Shown: one piece after another, positions 50,918-63,700 of the stretch
How positions within the stretch are numbered: position 1 is the stretch's first letter
Layout of the letters: every line of letters starts with the position of its first letter
Origin: Hormiphora californensis
Lineage: Eukaryota > Animalia > Ctenophora
NCBI GenBank assembly: GCA_020137815.1
Contig: CM035356.1
Location: 2,232,001 to 2,296,000, forward strand
Length of the DNA: 64,000 nucleotides
Reading direction: 5' to 3'
Notes under the pieces: generated by a model
What the model saw: only the letters and a program-made list of their open reading frames with translations
The model's database searches: none
Told to the model about the DNA's origin: nothing
Made by a program: the position numbers and the translations under genes

Positions 50918-52725
50918 ATCTATCAGCTATCTTTCTTTCTCTCTAATTCTGCCTCTCGCTTCCTAAACATACATTTCTTTATCTATCCCATGTCCCCACT
51001 TGGAAAGTCCCCATTCTGATTTTAACCTGATACTAAACCCTACTTTCCTGTCAGGTATTGTTACCTTGTTTTGTTCAAATAAGGCAAGTCTTACCAACAT
51101 CTTGCCCGAAATCCTGGATGAAGAAGATGAGGATTAAGAAGATGCACTCTTCGTTATGACATAACTTATGTTCAGTTCAACAAGTTAGTAAAATAAATGA
51201 ATAATAAAGTTTCCACTGGCCGTGTCACAATGTCACAAAAGACATTACACAACCCTCTCCTGTCTCCTGACCGGGCCAAGGGAGGAGGGTGGGGGTGAGG
51301 GAGACTATGTGGGAGGTTAGGGGTAAGTTGTTTTGTTCAAACCGCGGGGAGGGAGGGTCAAACAAGGCAAGGTAGGTCGTGATGACCAAATATGGGCATA
51401 TCACGTGATGGAGAGAGGGAGAAAGTGTGTGTATGTCTGTGTCTGTGTCTATGTGTGTGCACTGCACACACATACACACATACACACGCACATACACTGC
51501 ACAGTACTGCACACTGTGCAGTGTATGTGCGTGTGTGAGACACGGTTTCACACGTGTGTGTGTACTGTGTGTAAATTTAATGTGCTGTATGTTCAATAGA
51601 TCCCCCGAACCACCAAAAAAGAGTTGACCATTCAACTCCGTGGGGGGGGGGGAGGTGTTATAATTGGGTCTAATTGATCCTAACAGGGTATTTCAGTGAA
51701 TCGGCTTGGACACATGCTAGAAACCTAAAATTGGTCTCAAAATGCTCGTAGTATGGCCTGAGGGGTGTCTAGTTGGGTCTGGGGCATCTAGCTAGATCTA
51801 CTAATATATCTAGTAGGGTCTGAGGGGTACCTAGTAGGCTCTGAGAGGTATCTAAGGTGGTCTAAGGGGTATTTAGCAGGGTCTGAGGGGCATTTGTTGA
51901 GGTCTGAGTGGTATCTTGCAGTGTCTGAAGGATATCTAGTTGAAACACCTTGTGGGGAGGGAGGGTCGAACAAGGCAAGAAACACCCTGTTAGTGTTAGG
52001 ATCAATTAGGCCAAATGATGACACCCCCCACGGAGTTGAGTGGTAAACTCTTTTTTGGTGGTTCGGGAAACATATTGGGACATTTTAGTGAAGGAATTAG
52101 CTTTCCCATATAAATTTCAATACTTCATGCACGATTTCCTAATCTTCCCCACTCCCTCCTAACCTTCAACAAAATCCCCATCGCCCCCAACCTCCCGGTC
52201 AGGAGAGGGTTGTGAGAAAATGCTGCTGATTTTTACCATCTCACGACCAGTGGAAACTTTATTATTCATTTATTGGGGGGGGGGGACACGTAACATGTAA
52301 CGTGCACAAAAAGATTTCTGCACATGTAAAAAAGTGTAATAAAGTGTTACAAAATGTTATAAAGTGTTACAAATTGTTACAAAATGTTATAAAGTGTTAC
52401 AAATTGTTGCAAATTGTTACAAAATGTCACAAGTTGTCACAAAATGTACATTGCAACACTTTGTAACACAGTGTAACACAGTGTAACACTATGTAACACT
52501 TTGTAACACTATGTAACACTTTGTCACACTATGTAACACTTTGTAACACTTTCTAACATGTAACGTGCACAAAAAGTTTTCTGCACATGTTACGTGTGAC
52601 CCCCTCCCTTTATTTTACTAACTTGTTGAACTGAACAGTCCAGTCAATAAGTTCCTCATCTTCTTGATCCAGGATTTCGAGCAAGATTTTGGTAACACTT
52701 GCCTTATTTGAACAAAACACTACCT

Positions 52726-52799
<74 letters not shown>

Positions 52800-55700
52800 C
52801 GGATATGTTACGCTTGCAGCGATTTGATGTTTTGTTTTGTGCTCATCTTGTTTTATTTGTTGTATACCAATGCAAATGTTTACTAAAAAACATTAGTATT
52901 GCATGGATTATGGATGTTGGGTGATTTTTAGTTTTTAATGTCGGATTTTTTGAAGTTGTCACCCCCTTTTCGTGTGTGGAATGTTTTTTCGCGTCACATC
53001 ACATATTAATTAACGTGTTGTGTGTGCGTCAAAATTGATAAATTTCACCTGCGCGGTCATTTGGGGGTGACTGTGACAACTTCAAAAAATCCGACTTTAG
53101 GGTGTAATAACACTTAACGACAATCATATGCTGCAAGGCAATAGAACTTGCAATAGAGAGAGAGAGAGAGATCCTCTGTTCAAGGGGTAGGGAATCGTGT
53201 GGTTGGGAATATCAGATAGTATTGTCAGAAGTGGTATTAGTGCCGGTCCTCCTCTTTTTCTCGCTTATAAAGTTCCTCCGATGTCTCCTCACTAACGTAG
53301 ATAGTCATAATAATGATAAACCAGTTTGTAAACATCTCTTCGATCCCAAAAAGGAAGCTGGCTGCTTGGTGTAGATAATCTGAGCGATCCTCATAACAAT
53401 TAACAAATTTGTTGACTTGACGTAGGTTGTTAGGTGCCATCCATTACATCATCTAGTCATAACATTCCCACAGGTAAGCATCCCACATCTTTTCGACATG
53501 AACTGACTAATCTATTAGGTGATATAAATCATTAATCAGGATATAACATAATAAACCGTGGGGTGCAGGGACGGGGAGGGAGGGTCGAACGGTAAGTTTG
53601 TTTGTTCAAACACGTGGGGATAGAGCCACACAAGCGTTACGCTCTTGAAATTTCATTGCAATCGCGAGGGTGATAGCACCACTTAAACTTTGGGACGAAA
53701 AGGAAAAACGCGAAACAAAAAAAACGCGAAACAAAAAAACACGAAACAAAATTTGTTTTGTTCAAACCTGGGTCGAACAAGGCAAAACAAAATAACGCGA
53801 AACTTGGCAAACGTTGCTGGCCCCGCGGGATAAGGCAGCGCTTTTCAAACGCGAAACAAAATAACGCGAAACTTGGCAAACGTTGCTGGCCCCGCGGGAT
53901 AAGGCAGCACTTTTCAAACGCGAAACAAAATTTGTTTTGTTCAAACGGGGAGGGAGGGTCGAACAAGGCAAGTTCAAACCTGGGTCGAACAAGTCAAAAC
54001 AAAATATCGCGAAACTTGGCAAACGTTGCTGGCCCCGCGGGATAAGGCAGCGCTTTTCAAACGCGAAACAAAATAACGCGAAACTTGGCAAACGTTGCTG
54101 GCCCCGCGGGATAAGGCAGCGCTTTTCAAACGCGAAACAAAATAACGCGAAACTTGGCAAACGTTGCTGGCCCCGCGGGATAAGGCAGCGCTTTTCAAAC
54201 GCGAAACAAAAAAACTCGAAACGAAAAAACGCGAAACAAAAAAACGCGAAACAAAAAAACGCGAAACAAAAAAGCGTGGACGACAAACGCGCACGGTTCT
54301 TTCATTTTTTAGGGCGCGCGCAGCCATTTTTTGGCTTTTGCTCTGCGCGGCGTCTTATTTGCGCGTTACAAAATCACAAAAACACAAAACCTTTTTTTTT
54401 TATAAAATAAAATAAAAAGGTTTGAACAAAACAAGTATTTTCTGGGCAATTTGTTGAATTATAGAATGAAAATAAAATCTGTTTTAAAAATTTAAATTTT
54501 TTACACCAAATTGTGCCATGGATTTCATGGCTAGGAATCATTGCAAATATCCTAAATTGTGGTAGAAAAAGGGCAGACAAGGGCGGATAACTTTCCCACA
54601 ATATGTATTAAGCATGAAACTAACCTAAACAAGTGTAATAATAGTCAATGATAGCATATAAAAGTAGTTTAGAGTTTTTGAAGTTTTTGAAGTCAACTTC
54701 AAAAACTTCAAGAACTCAAAAAGTAGGGTGGAAAACTTCAAACTTCAAAAACTTCAGCCGGCCCCCCCCCCTACTCATTTTATACCTTGCTAACTTTAAG
54801 GTTCCCCTTCACTCTGCACATCTCCTTGTTAGCATTCGCCTTCCCCACTATTCCCTCTCTTTTACACTGAAATACAGCTGGGGTTACACATTTTTATCTG
54901 TCCTCTCATGGCCATTTGACAAACTTCCTAATTTGTTTGCTGGAGAGGAATGGAGAGGAGAGGAATGGCTGTTTAACCATGGTCAGTTGTGTGACATGAA
55001 ATATGTATGTCGTCTTGTAATCCCTAGAGAATATTATAACAGGAAAAGAAAAGCAAATGTTGACACTGTGCTACACCACTGTCAACAATTGCAATCGGGA
55101 TCCACATTCAACTGTAACAACCCATGATACTTCTGAAGTATTACTTCACACTACAGTTTACATGATGCATCAATAGGACAGCTGTACACACTACACAACA
55201 GTACACGAGAGGGAGATCATTGTTCTAACTGAGAGAGAGAGAGAGAGAGAGCAAGACACAAGGAGAGCACAATACACAGTGTGTGTTACAGTGTTACACA
55301 CGCTACATTACAGTACACTGGCAGCATAGCAAAAGAGTCTGACAGATCATGAGTTGGTGGCACTACTGGACGCTGATGTTTGGTGTATTGATGTATAGGG
55401 GTTAGCAAGATGATATTCATGATACTAATACGTTTACATTGAGCCGTTATTCAATGATGTCGTCTCCCTAATATACACCCCGACCCCGCTAACAGTTTCC
55501 CTGCTAAACAAGATTCTTTGTACATAATAACGGGGGATATGAATACCTGATCTATAGCGCCCAAAGACTCCAGCCCCCAGCCCCTATCTCGGTATGCGTT
55601 CCTGACATCCTCGCAAGAGTTGCAACACTTCCTGTTATCCGTTTCTGCACCATAACAACTTTCACATCTGGTAAAAAGGAACTCATTCAGTTTTAACTAA

Positions 55701-56620
55701 TCAATTCTAACGGATCACTATTCACATATCAAGATAATATGGTAACTTAAAAAAATTCAATTAATATAAGCAAATTACTAATTATGTAATACACAGAGAC
55801 TGACATGGGAGAGATATTCCTAAAGTTGTATTACCTATTAGGATCTAGCTCCTCCGCTACCACTGCCACAGCTGCAGTTTCAGGCTCCACATAGGGTTCC
55901 CCATCTAGACCCAATCTGATCTTCTGAACGTCCTGTTCAACATCAACCTGCTGACCCCCCGACACATCCATGGCATCCACACTTAGATCTGAGATAAAGT
56001 GAGGGTCTTTACAATTCGTAGTTGATCATCAAAAGGGAGAGAGATCTTAACAACTACTCGGTAACTTTAGTTAGTAATCACCCTAATTAGCATGATCAGA
56101 GAGTACTGAGACTTACATTCACATGGAATCTTGTGAAAAGTTACATCAATATAAATATCCATCAATTCTGATCTTGTCGTGTCCATCAGAAGAGTTTCTC
56201 GAATCTGGAGAAAAGTGAGCACTTCAACAAACAGAACCAACAACAAGAAAATAAGAAGATTTCTGTATCCCAAAAAAGCTGATCCTTACCGATACTCCAA
56301 GATAGAAGTTGAGCTCTGCAAGGAACAATGCAATCATTATTATCCCACTGACTATCGTAACTGGAAAATATACAATTTAGGGTACACTTCTCTTCCTCTT
56401 TGCGACTTTCTATACGCTGGAGATTGTGCAAAAAGTATGATGTTTGCCGAATAACGAATTAGACATAACACACTGTCAAACTTCTTTACTTACTTGTAGC
56501 GCCCCCGCACGTTTTTATCCTAAAGTCCTCGATAGTTTTAGGGTAGGCATCAAATTTTCTGAGTGACCCGAACATACTCCCACCACCAGCCCCTCCTCCT
56601 CCAGCCACGGCGCTTGCCAT
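48048..56620 (-). CDS. ERGIC3: ER-Golgi intermediate compartment protein 3 (Erv46-like), multi-exon
   Basis: LRKFDAYPKTIEDFRIKTCGGA, CESCYGAET...CCNSCEDVRNAY, VTGNFHISPGKSFQ, YDISPLMVEVTEHRRSFTHFLTGVCAIVGGVFT, C-terminal KKLQLGKVN. Confidence 0.95.
52275..52608. mobile_element. Small G-run-ended element nested in one arm of the 5.2-kb element
   Basis: G11-ACACGTAACATG ... CATGTTACGTGTGAC-C-run. The opposite arm (~51180-51225) shows the empty site; TTTATT is duplicated. Internal 10-11 bp TGTTACA repeats. Confidence 0.75.
53785..54203. repeat. 69-bp minisatellite (2+3 copies) within the intronic element
   Basis: Unit AAACAAAATAACGCGAAACTTGGCAAACGTTGCTGGCCCCGCGGGATAAGGCAGCGCTTTTCAAACGCG; explains the repetitive 23-aa ORFs. 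Confidence 0.9.
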
Positions 56621-57032
56621 CTAAACCCACAACAGCTCCTAACTATCATCAGAGTAACATGTTAGTGTAGTTGGGAGGAGATGAGGAATTATGAAGTGTA
56701 GTACCAGATGGGGACGAGGGAAATCAAGGAAAGAAATAAAACGATATTCTTGTTTTTTAATGTAAACAGCTGGCATAAAACGTAAACAAAACAAAAAACC
56801 TTTTCAAAAATTTAAAAAACATAAATAAACACAAACAAATTAATCAGTGGTAAGTTAGTAGTACTTTGGCACTGAGAGGGTCACCTAGAAGTGTCAATTA
56901 TCAAGTTCTACTAACCCACCTAATAATATAGTATCAACAATGTTCGATAAAAACACAGCGGTAGTATAAACATTGAACAGCACAATAGTTCCCAATAGTA
57001 GTAGTTAGATATGACATCAGAGGGAGCAATAG

Positions 57033-58762
57033 TTAGATATCAACAGGGTCCTCATCATCCCCCTCCTCTTCGACTACATCAGCTACATCATCCCACGGCT
57101 GCTTCTCTCCACTACCCAGACACACGAACTGCAGAGAGCCAACCAGCCACACAACCGAGGCACTCGCAAATGCCAACTGCCACTTTCGTTGTAGTGCATC
57201 ATGACCCTCCACACCATTCAGCAGCCACCCTACGACAACGGGACTAATGAGCCCGGCTGCTGACCCGGCGCTGTTACCAATGGCACACAGGACACCCGAG
57301 AACCGGGGAGAGAGGTCCATGTAGTTGACGTAGTAGGCAGAGTTGGCAAAGCCCTGGAAGAACATGGAGATATTCATCAGCAGGAGGACGGGGAGGTTTT
57401 TATTAAACAGAGTCGAGGAGAACAGGAGGAAGGCAGGGAGAAACTCTGCAAACAGGGCACAGATCTTACGGACATTTGTTAGGCTCACTTTACCCGAGTT
57501 GATGAGACGATCAGAAACGAAACCGGAGAATATGAAACCCAGCCAAATGGAAACGTAGGGAATGGCAGCGACTGCAGCAGAGGACTCAACATCAAAACCC
57601 TGGACTTGCTTCAGGAACTTAGGTAGGTCAGTTAGCAACATGAAGAAGCCATACCCGTTACAGAAGTGGAGAAGGAAAGTGGAAATGGCTGGTCTGGAGG
57701 TGAGAATTCTTCGAAATGGCACCTCCGAAAACTCAAATTTACGCTGTGGAACAGTTGAAACTGCAAGGTACTCTTTCTCTCCTTCAGACGTCAAATGGGA
57801 CTTAGCTGGGCTATCTCGAACTATGGTAAACCACAGGACGCTCCATACTACCCCCATCGCACCATAAACGTAGAATACACTGGGCCAACCGCCAAGAAAG
57901 TTTGACGAAGTGAGGACACCTGAAAGGATGTTACCCATGACCCCTCCAATGTAGCGACCACCAGTTGCCATTGCCGTGAAAACACCCCTTTCCTGTGCCG
58001 GGGACCAGTTGGAGATTATCGTGAGGGCAAGGGGGAAGGTAGCCCCCTCACCCATACCAACGATAACCCGGCATATCAAGTTTGCCCAGAAGCCAGTAAG
58101 AAGGGGCTGGATCAGGGTTAGGACGGTTGAGAGGGTGAGTCCAAGTCCAAATATGGCGGTTGCAGAGAGCTTGGATAAAAACAATGCAGCAGGGAGTTGG
58201 GATATAGTGTACCCCCAGTAGAATGAACTTAGAACGTAACCTGTAATGTTTGATTTGGAGTAGTTCAAGTTCAAGTTCAAATAAAGTGCATAGTTAGATT
58301 CCCATCTCGTAAGAAATTGTTTAGGTATTAGGAAAACCAGTTTTATAAGTTTACCTTGCTCGATTTCATCCCAACATCGGGACTGATTTTGAGTACAATT
58401 ATCAGGTACCATTCCTCCCTCGAGAGCAACACTGCAGAAGAGTTAAAATTAGGTTCAATCTTAAAATACTGGATAAATGGATAACTAGATACGTCGGATA
58501 AACATACCTGACGTTAACTCGATACAAATAGTCTAATAGAAACCCATATGACAAGATGAAAACTACTGGATAACGAATCCATCCAGACTTGGCAACCTGA
58601 AACGATGTAGTCTCTTTTGGGGACGATTTCGGAATATTGAACTTTGTTAAAAAAAGTCAAAACTGACTTTTTGTTCAAGATCACCCTACCTAGGAGTACC
58701 TGAGGGGATATGCCATCCTCACTCGATGTTTCTACAAGTAAATTTTCCTGTGACGACTCCAT
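57033..58762 (-). CDS. SLC17 family (sialin/vesicular glutamate transporter-like) MFS transporter
   Basis: YLYRVNVSVA, SSFYWGY, RVIVGMGEGATFP, WSPAQER, GGWPSVFYVYG, LLTDLPKFL, DLSPRFSGVL; multiple TM helices; three short 5' introns. Confidence 0.92.
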
Positions 58763-59565
58763 TTAACGACGAGAAAGCATTTTCAGGGATATTTTAATTT
58801 TTCGGACTGTTTCGCAAAACGAAAACAAGAATTTTTTAACGCGAAGTTTTTGCTCGTGCGCGGCGCACATAGGGAGATTGTGCCACGCAGAGCAGAGAAA
58901 CTTTACATTTCTCGCCGCAGCCGGCAACCAGTCACAATACTGTTCTACACGATCCAACAAATTAAACGCTGTGACTCCAGGTCAAAAATTATTTATACAT
59001 TTTTCACAGGGATCACAGGAATCTCTCATAGTAATATTACCCTTCTGTATATCGGAAACACAAGGATAAAATGGAATTCACTGGAATTATAAGGCAACAA
59101 GGAACAACTTGAACTGTAATAGGTACAACAAAATGAATACTATTTGATCTGTCAAGTGGGGATATTACTTTCTTTAAGGCTTTCCTAAATTCTATAACGG
59201 AACATCAACAACTAATCTATTCTGATGTCTCTAGCAGTACTGGCACATTATCTGAACTTAACAAAATAAAAAATATCTAAAAACATGTGAACTAAACACA
59301 ATAGAAACACTGATACCACTATTATATTACTCTGCATTATATAGTAGTGCAATGTGCATTATACATAATACACACTACACATATATCAACTGATATCACA
59401 ACTTTATATGGGTCACATTTCGAACTCTATTGGGCAAACAACCCGTACCGGCCGACATCAATTTCTCTCTCCTCACACACACACACACACACAGAAACAT
59501 ATAAAGCGAGAAAGTGTTGTTTCTCTGGGTATCGAAAGTCGAAAGTGTTATTTAAGTTCAAGTTA

Positions 59566-62061
59566 TTAGAAAGTATTAAAATTGTCCTCATCATGATCGA
59601 AAGTATCCTCCATGTGAACGTCGCTGATAAGGCCAGGATCACCGCCCCTGAACCTGTTGTAACTAAACATATCCAGAATCTGAAACAGTTGGGAATTAAT
59701 AATAATCGCATGATATCAGATCAATGATGTTTCCAATAATTAATCATTACTATGGTTACTATGGTTACCATTGCATCTTTGTTACCATGGTTACTCACCG
59801 ATTGTCGTTTGTAGAGCATCACAACCCCTCCAGTAATAACGACTATCAGCACGACCACCGCGACAGTGCCCAGGATTGTGTACATAATAAGGCTACCCCT
59901 GGATTCTGATACCTTGGCAACCTGGCCATCATCCTTGTCTGGTGCTGCGGGGGAATGGGGGGCTGGTTAACGACGAGCATGTAATGGCAGTAAAAGGGAG
60001 AAGATATTTTAAGATTTTTAAATTGTAGTAAGTCTCTACTGAAACCTGTTCAGCCACCTATAACTATCTATTTTATTTCCCTGCCCGGGTGAATGCCGAA
60101 GGCATTCACCCGGATGCCTTTTTACTTTGTAAAAAGGCATAGCAGGGTTAGAATTCGAAAACGACATTTTGGTATACTAACTAATCAGTAGAGGGACATT
60201 TTTGGTCACACTTTCGTTGCGAGGGGCAACCTCGCGGCGCGCGCGATCTGACACTTGCGGAGTAACATGCGCGCGCACAAACAATTGAAATTTTATGAGG
60301 GCGCGCGGCTATAAACTGTAACGCGCGGCAAAATTTGTTTTATATCGGCCGCGCGTTTTGATTGGGGGAAATGGAGAAATTGAAAAATCTGTTCTGCGTT
60401 TTGTTCAAAAATTCGAAAAACACAAATCCCCATTTTGCGGACAGCTTACTCGTTGGGCGAGTTGAATGGCAAATCAAAGAGTGCAGGGAAACGTAGCATT
60501 ATGGATACATAATGCAAATAATTCTTGTTCTCTTTTTGACCGAATGATCATTCATGTACCTCCTAGAATGAAGGTAGCATTGATGTAGTTGTTGATCTTG
60601 ACACCCCGGTCCGTTACACAGGACCTGTGCCACAGCTGCCATTCAGGAAGTGCCGTGTGGGAATACCGGACAAGAGCATCTGGGGGGGGGGAGTGGGGTT
60701 AGGAGAGGGGAGAGAGGGAGTGGGGTTAGGAGAGAGGAGGGAGTGAGTGGGGTGAGGTCAGGAGAGAGGGAAGTGCCGTGTGGGAATACCGGACTAGAGC
60801 ATCTGGGAGAGAGGGAGGGGGGTGTTAGGAGAGAGGGGTGGAGTGGAGTCAGGAGGCAGGTGTTACGACTTACGACGAAAGTAGGACTAAGAAGGGGTAT
60901 TATCCCCGATTATTATGACTGGGTGGGAGGGTGTGCTAGTTTTGAGAGTCTTACCGAAGCAGGAGAGTACTTTAGCTTCATTCATAGAATCAACCTCAGC
61001 CTTACATTCCTCACTGCACTGATTGGCAAACGGGGACATCTGTGGTAAAATATTAGGTGTTAAAGTGGGCTTTTTTTCAATTGTTCATTAGAAAACAATG
61101 CAAGTTGGGGAAATGGACACATTAGATCAGAAAGGTAACTTACGAATCCCTTGAAGCATGGATTGGAGTTTAGATCCTTTCTTTGTCGTTCTGCCTCGTA
61201 CTTTATAACTTCAGTACCACATTGATTCAGGTCAGAGTTGTGCATGCACATCATGCTGAATGACATTCGTGCTGGGGGGGGGGGGGGGGCTGTTAGTACA
61301 GGAGGGGGGGGGACTTGTTAACATATTCATATTCATAAATTGAGAGGTGGGCCAGGAGGCAGCTTCTAATTTGGAATTGGGAGAGTGGACACTGAATAAA
61401 AAAGTCTGAATATAAACCCACTAAACCCACTAAATTACCTTCGTGTGGTAGGAAGACTGTACAGTTATCCCTGATTCCCATTAGCTCTGCTTCACACTCA
61501 TCACAGTGAAGATTTAGAGTTGTCATGACAGTTCTGAAGAGGGGGGGGGGGGGAGTCAGTACTCTTTTAGCCGGGAGAGTGTGTGTGGATCATTTCGTAC
61601 TGAATGATGAGTGCGGGTAAGGGGAACCCAGTTACCAAGAGGGTTCCGTAAATATTATACAGCAAACCTCATATCATATATCCGCAAGTTAATTTAACTT
61701 ACACAAATTCGTCAGTTATCCCAATGGAAGCCATTGGATCGGTACACAGCCCCAGGTTCTTCTGTTGCTCGCAATCCTTATTGATATTCTGCATTTCAGC
61801 TATGTATGAAGCCTGAAAATGGGGTAGAGAGAGAAATGTTATTACAGGGAGAGACGATCGTAGGAACACGGCCGGTTGAATTTGAGGGCACATTTTCTAA
61901 TTTATTTCTCAAATCCTTTTCCCCAGCTCTTCTCATTCTCTGATAGATAAACCTCTCCTTTGTCTGTTCACCCTGATATCACCCGGTTGTGTACACACAC
62001 ACACGCTGCATTTCCTGTATTGGGTACTGTGGAAGTGTTTGCTCTGTCGTGGTCAGTTGCT
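59566..62061 (-). CDS. Unknown Cys-rich type I membrane protein (5' part lost in the degraded region)
   Basis: About eight GT-AG exons join in frame: Cys-rich ectodomain, TM segment IMYTILGTVAVVVLIVVITGGVVMLY, tail KRQSILDMFSYNRF...DHDEDNFNTF*. Confidence 0.75.
60071..60529 (+). mobile_element. Non-autonomous Helitron2/Helentron-like element
   Basis: Asymmetric inverted repeats TTTCCCTGC (60076-60084) and GCAGGGAAA (60483-60491). 5' hairpin CCGGGTGAATGCC-GAA-GGCATTCACCCGG. 3' hairpin GCATTATG-GATA-CATAATGC just after the 3' repeat. T-rich flanks, no TSD. Confidence 0.7.
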
Positions 62062-62065
62062 GCAA

Positions 62066-63700
62066 ATTTTTTTTAAAAAAAATTGCCCAAAAACCCCCCA
62101 AAAAAAAAAACCCCTTTTCCCCCCCAAAAAAGGGGGGGCCCCCCCGGGGCCCCCCCCCCCCCCCCCCACCCCCCCCCGGGGGAAAAAATTTTTGGGGGAA
62201 AAAAAAAAAATTTTTTTTTTCCCCCCCCAAAATTAATTTTTTTTAATTTTTGGGGAAAAAAAAAAATTTTTTTTTTTTAAAAAAAAAAATTTTTTGGGGG
62301 GTTAAAAAAAAAAGGGAAAAAACCCCCCTTTTTAAAAAAATTTTTTTTTTAAAAAAATTTTTTAAAAAAAAAAAAAAACCCCCCCCCAAAAACCCCCCCC
62401 CAAAAATTTTTTTTAAAAAAAAATTTTTTCCCGGGCCCCGGGGGGAAAAGGGAAAGGAAAAAAGGGGGGGGGAGAAAGAAAAAGGGGGGGGGAAAAAGGG
62501 GAGAGAGGGGGGTTAAAAGGGGAAAAAAGAAGGGGGGAAAGGAAAAAAAGGGGGGGGGAAAGGGGGAAGGGGGGGAAAAACCCCCCAAAAAAAAAGGGGA
62601 AAAAAAAAAAAAAAACCAACCCCCAAAAAAATTTTTTTTAAAAAAAAAAACCCCCCCCTTTTTTTTTTTTGTTTTTTTTTTCTCTTTTTTTTTTTTGGGG
62701 GGGGGCCCCCCCCCCCCCCTTTCCCTTTTGGGGGGGGGTCCCCTTTTTTTCCCCGGTTTTTCTCTTCTCTTCCCCCTTTTTTCCCCGGGGGCCCCCCCCT
62801 TTTTTTCCCCCCCGGGGTTTTTCCCCCCCCCTTTTTCCCCCCCTCTCCCCCTTTCCGGGGGGGGAAAAAAATTTTTTTTTTTTGGGTTCCCCCTTTTTTT
62901 CCCTTTTTGAAAAGGGGGGGGGAAAAAAAATTTTTTTTTTTTTTTTTTTTTTCCCCCCCCCCCCCCCTTTTTTCCCCCTTTTTTTTCCCCCCCCCCTTTT
63001 AAAAAAAAAAAAAGGGGGGGGGGGGGGGAAAAAAGGTTTTTTTAAAAAAGGGAAATTAAAATTTGTGGGTTTTTTTTTTTTTTTTCCCCCCCCCCCCCCC
63101 CCCCCCCCCCCTTTTCCCCCCCCTTTTTTTCCCCCCCCCCCCCTTCCCCCCAAAAAAACCCCCCCCCCCGGGGGCCCCCCTTTTTTTAAAAAAACCCCCC
63201 CCCCCCCGGGGGAAAAAAGGGGGAAAAAACCCCCGGGGTTCCTTTTAAAAAAGGGGAAAAAAAGGGGGTTTTTGGGGGTTTTTTTTTTTGGGGGGTTTTT
63301 CTTTGGGGGAAAAAAAATTTTTAAAAAAAAAAAAAATTTAAAATCCCGAAGGGGGGGGGGAAAATGCTTTTTTTCCCTTCTTGGGGTTTTTCCTTTCTTT
63401 CTCAATCTTTAAATCTCTATCTCTTCGCTCTTTCTTTCCCTTTGGCATAACCCCCCTTTTTTCTATATGGCTTGTTTCTTTCCACCCCCTTTTTCCCCTT
63501 TCTTCCCCTCTCCACCCTCCGTGGAACGAAACCCCATTGTGACATCTGGGTGCCCGGGGACGGTAAAACCCTGAAACAAGGGTTTTGAGGGAAAGGGTTT
63601 TTTGCTTTTTTTTCCCGGGTTTTGCCCCCCCCCCCCCCCCCCCCAGATAGCATATTTTTGAATTTTGGTCATCAGGGTGGAAATAGACCCCGGGGGACAA
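62066..63700. other. Homopolymer-inflated low-quality sequence (probable sequencing/consensus artifact)
   Basis: Abrupt switch to consecutive A/C/G/T runs with no periodicity; begins at an exon acceptor and fades back into normal sequence. Confidence 0.85.

Larger units (their letters stand above)
49534..54771. mobile_element. 5.2-kb composite foldback element with G-run/C-run termini (MULE-like) in an ERGIC3 intron
   Basis: G-run CGGCTGAAGTTTTTGAAG ... CTTCAAAAACTTCAGCCGG C-run. TSD (A/T)ACTCATTT at 49525-49533 and 54772-54780. Internal inverted arms ~51060-51690 vs ~51980-52725. Dispersed GGTCGAACAAGGCAA motif. No transposase ORF. Confidence 0.75.

Noticed and set aside
53237-53440. Transposase remnant inside the 5.2-kb element
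   Set aside because: Short ORF, upstream stops, no DDE or Zn-finger motif recognisable.
53637-54415. Repetitive 23-aa ORFs
   Set aside because: Read-through of a 69-bp minisatellite open in several frames on both strands.
61979-63700. K/F/P/G-rich ORFs up to 255 aa
   Set aside because: Homopolymer artifact region.
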